Positions 61,912-64,000 of a stretch of DNA of 64,000 nt are shown here, piece by piece. Source of the DNA: Candidatus Magasanikiibacteriota bacterium (GTDB taxonomy: Bacteria > Patescibacteriota > Patescibacteriia > Magasanikbacterales > 2-02-FULL-50-9b); assembly GCA_943355025.1 (NCBI GenBank), contig CALRDW010000003.1, positions 7,680 to 71,679 of the forward strand, in the 5' to 3' direction. Numbering within the stretch: the first letter of the stretch is position 1; each line of letters begins with the position of its first letter. The notes beneath the pieces are model-generated. The model ran no database searches, had not been told where the DNA came from, and worked only from the letters and a program-made list of their open reading frames with translations. A program made the translations under genes and the position numbers.

Positions 61912-62366
61912 GCAGTTACTGGTTGTCGATCTATCGGTTTGAGGCTACCCGTTGCAACCATATCTTTATACATTGCACCAAGCACTCCATTGACGAAACG
62001 GCCGGAGGATTGGCCGCCAAAGGTTTTTGCGAGCTCAATCGCCTCATTTATGGCAACTTTTGCAGGGATTGTCTCTGCGTATTGTAACTCAAATGTGCCG
62101 AGACGCAAAACATTGCGATCAACATTTGTTATTTGGTCGAGTGGCCACTGTGGCGCGTATTTCTGAATCAGCGTATCGATCTCGTGCTGGTGTTTGAGAA
62201 CACCATCCACGAGTTCATGCGCAAACTCAGCATCTTTCATGCCAGGAGCAAATTCAGCGACGTTTTGGTCGATGATTGCTGGCATAATGGCGCTTGGACC
62301 ACCCATGAAGTCCCACTGAAAGAGGGACTGCATTGCTACGGAACGCAATAAATGACGATTTGACAT
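61908..62366 (-). CDS. nusB: Transcription antitermination factor NusB
   Basis: DRNVLRLG, VAINEAIELAK, FVNGVLG. Confidence 0.96.
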   Translation of the reverse strand: MSNRHLLRSVAMQSLFQWDFMGGPSAIMPAIIDQNVAEFAPGMKDAEFAHELVDGVLKHQHEIDTLIQKYAPQWPLDQITNVDRNVLRLGTFELQYAETIPAKVAINEAIELAKTFGGQSSGRFVNGVLGAMYKDMVATGSLKPIDRQPVTA

Positions 62367-62393
62367 AGGAAAAAGAACAGTTTAGTTGGACTG

Positions 62394-62570
62394 TTATTTA
62401 ACAGCAACAACTTTTCGGCCGCGGTATGTACCGCAAAACGCACATGCGTGATGAGGAACTACCGGTTTTTTGCATTGAGGGCATGCTGCAAGAACCGCTG
62501 TTTTGAGCGCAAAATGCGCGCTACGGCGGCGTTTGTGTGATGATGTTCGTCGATGTCCAGGAAGACCCAT
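62394..62570 (-). CDS. rpmF: 50S ribosomal protein L32
   Basis: Manual translation MGLPGHRRTSSHKRRR...CPQC..PHHAC.FCGTY (below the ORF track cutoff). Confidence 0.92.
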   Translation of the reverse strand: MGLPGHRRTSSHKRRRSAHFALKTAVLAACPQCKKPVVPHHACAFCGTYRGRKVVAVK

Positions 62571-62703
62571 AGTAAATTCGTGACTATACAGGGATTATAA
62601 CAGTGTTTTTGAGGGCTGGCAAGGGGAGTCGGCCGCTCATAGTTTTAGTGTTATATCAGAAGTCGGAGGCGTTGGCAAGAGGTGTGTACTATTCATTTTT
62701 TGG

Positions 62704-62866
62704 TTTCAACAGGGCTCGGAAGTTTATAAGTAATACAATACGGTGATTCAACATGCACTCAAAAGTAAAAACTATTACTTCTCAGGGGGAGATGAACGAG
62801 GGGCCCCCGTCGAAGTAATAGTTTTTACTTTTGAGTATAGGTTCACTCAGGTGTTATACTGCTTCC
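62704..62866 (+). repeat. Conserved palindromic element, copy D plus leaderless promoter
   Basis: Arms 62757-62781 and 62812-62836 are perfect 25-bp complements; 30-nt core; TTGAGT-18-TATACT-6-ATG. Confidence 0.9.
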
Positions 62867-62938
62867 ATGCTTCCTAATCCTTTTCAAAAAACTCTTATAA
62901 GGGAGCTTGTTCATGTCTCAAACACGACTTGGAACTGA
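62867..62938 (+). pseudogene. 5' stub of DGR-target-like family gene
   Basis: MLPNPFQK is identical to paralog B, then unrelated; 23 aa. Confidence 0.7.
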
Positions 62939-63107
62939 CAAAGAACACTCGAAATCTTTACGCATTGAGATTATGGCAAAGCGCGGCATGATTAAAGAAA
63001 TGTCACCGCGAGACAAAGTCGGCCGCCGCGCATTGGAAGATAACATCGAAGAACTTGAACGTGAATTGGCAGAACTGTGTCCAGATCCCGCTCCACTATC
63101 AGACTGA
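62913..63107 (+). CDS. Small coiled-coil hypothetical protein
   Basis: SD-like AAGGGAG; LEDNIEELERELAEL heptads. Confidence 0.45.
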   Translation: MSQTRLGTDKEHSKSLRIEIMAKRGMIKEMSPRDKVGRRALEDNIEELERELAELCPDPAPLSD

Positions 63108-63132
63108 TACGGTTTGGTCGCGGGGTATTTTT

Positions 63133-63792
63133 TTACTGAATGTTTTTATCTGCGTCAATGGTCGGCGAGGTGCCACGCTCGGTTTCAGACGAGTAGTCCG
63201 CCGCTGAAGAGATTTGTGTCCCAATGGCGTAATTCGTAAAGTAGTAATCTTGAAGTGTATCGACGAGGCTGTGCCAATTTTTCCCGAATAATTTTTCTGC
63301 GTTGCCATCATTGATTGCACGAAGAACACAGTTGTGCGCGACAGCAAAGATGTGTGGGTCACTTGCGATGCGGATGAGGCGCGTACCTGGGCGATAACAT
63401 ACGTTGCCGCCAAGCGGATAGGATTCGAGTTCGGTTTCGGTTAATGAAACAATTTTTGTTCCGCTTGGAAACCATGTATCGAAGGTTTTTGTTTCATCAG
63501 GAAATACATAGCGCTTGCCGTTGCGCGACAAATAAAATTTAGTCGCAACTTTTGGTCCTACAATAACACTACCAGCGAGTTTTGGTACTTCAGCGCGCAG
63601 AACAGGGCTAACGTCTGGGCCCGTGCTCGAAACAACGTCTGTATTATTTTGCGCTGCTGGCTGCGCTACTCCTGCAGTCGTTGACGGATTTGATGATGCA
63701 CGGTTAAAAATTCGGTACCACAAGTTTGATGAGAGTATGATTACCACAACCAAGGCTAAACCAATCACAATCGTCTTGTTTTTCTGTTCCAT
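63133..63792 (-). CDS. Membrane-anchored secreted hypothetical protein
   Basis: N-terminal TM helix; repeated GKRYVFP/RPGTRLI-type module. Confidence 0.7.
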   Translation of the reverse strand: MEQKNKTIVIGLALVVVIILSSNLWYRIFNRASSNPSTTAGVAQPAAQNNTDVVSSTGPDVSPVLRAEVPKLAGSVIVGPKVATKFYLSRNGKRYVFPDETKTFDTWFPSGTKIVSLTETELESYPLGGNVCYRPGTRLIRIASDPHIFAVAHNCVLRAINDGNAEKLFGKNWHSLVDTLQDYYFTNYAIGTQISSAADYSSETERGTSPTIDADKNIQ

Positions 63793-63835
63793 ATACGTTT
63801 ATTCTTAGAGTTTTATTATACTCAACATAACACAT

Positions 63836-64000
63836 TTAGAGTCTGGATAGCAACGCGTCAATTTCTTCGGTCCGCTTAGATTTTGGACGGTGCATAAGTA
63901 TCATCGCTCGATCGTACTTTGCTCGGTATGCGTGGATTAGCTCGTCGAGCTCAACATTTTCCGTTGAAAATTGTGTTTGCTCATTGAGCAAGAAGGCTCG
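63836..64000 (-). CDS. 3' end of an unidentified CDS entering from the right edge
   Basis: Open frame ...RAFLLNEQ...EIDALLSRL*. Confidence 0.45.
   Translation of the reverse strand, partial: RAFLLNEQTQFSTENVELDELIHAYRAKYDRAMILMHRPKSKRTEEIDALLSRL

Overview
64 kb of chromosomal DNA from a small-genome bacterium, most likely Patescibacteria/CPR. That assignment is inferred from the unlinked 23S-5S rRNA locus with group I introns, TrmB regulators, tRNA-Arg(UCG), many leaderless genes and many orphan ORFs. It carries housekeeping genes (pyrF partial, ruvB, nrdJ, pduO-type adenosyltransferase, rlmH, murD, rnc, nusB, rpmF), 11 tRNAs, a 23S rRNA with two group I introns (L1931 with a LAGLIDADG ORF; L2500 ending in A instead of the canonical G), 5S rRNA, TA modules and surface/glycan genes. 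The strongest unexplained signal is a dispersed gene family with three full paralogs (10108, 18235, 37341) and two 5' stubs (27850 minus strand, 62867). One member ends in an adenine-depleted tract typical of a diversity-generating retroelement (DGR) variable region, with an IMH-like tail; no RT or template repeat is visible in the window. Four family loci are preceded by a conserved palindromic element fused to a leaderless promoter. In three copies it has perfect 25-26 bp arms that covary between copies around a conserved 29-30 nt core; the fourth is a degenerate tandem. All calls are by eye from the sequence and translated ORFs; no database searches were run.
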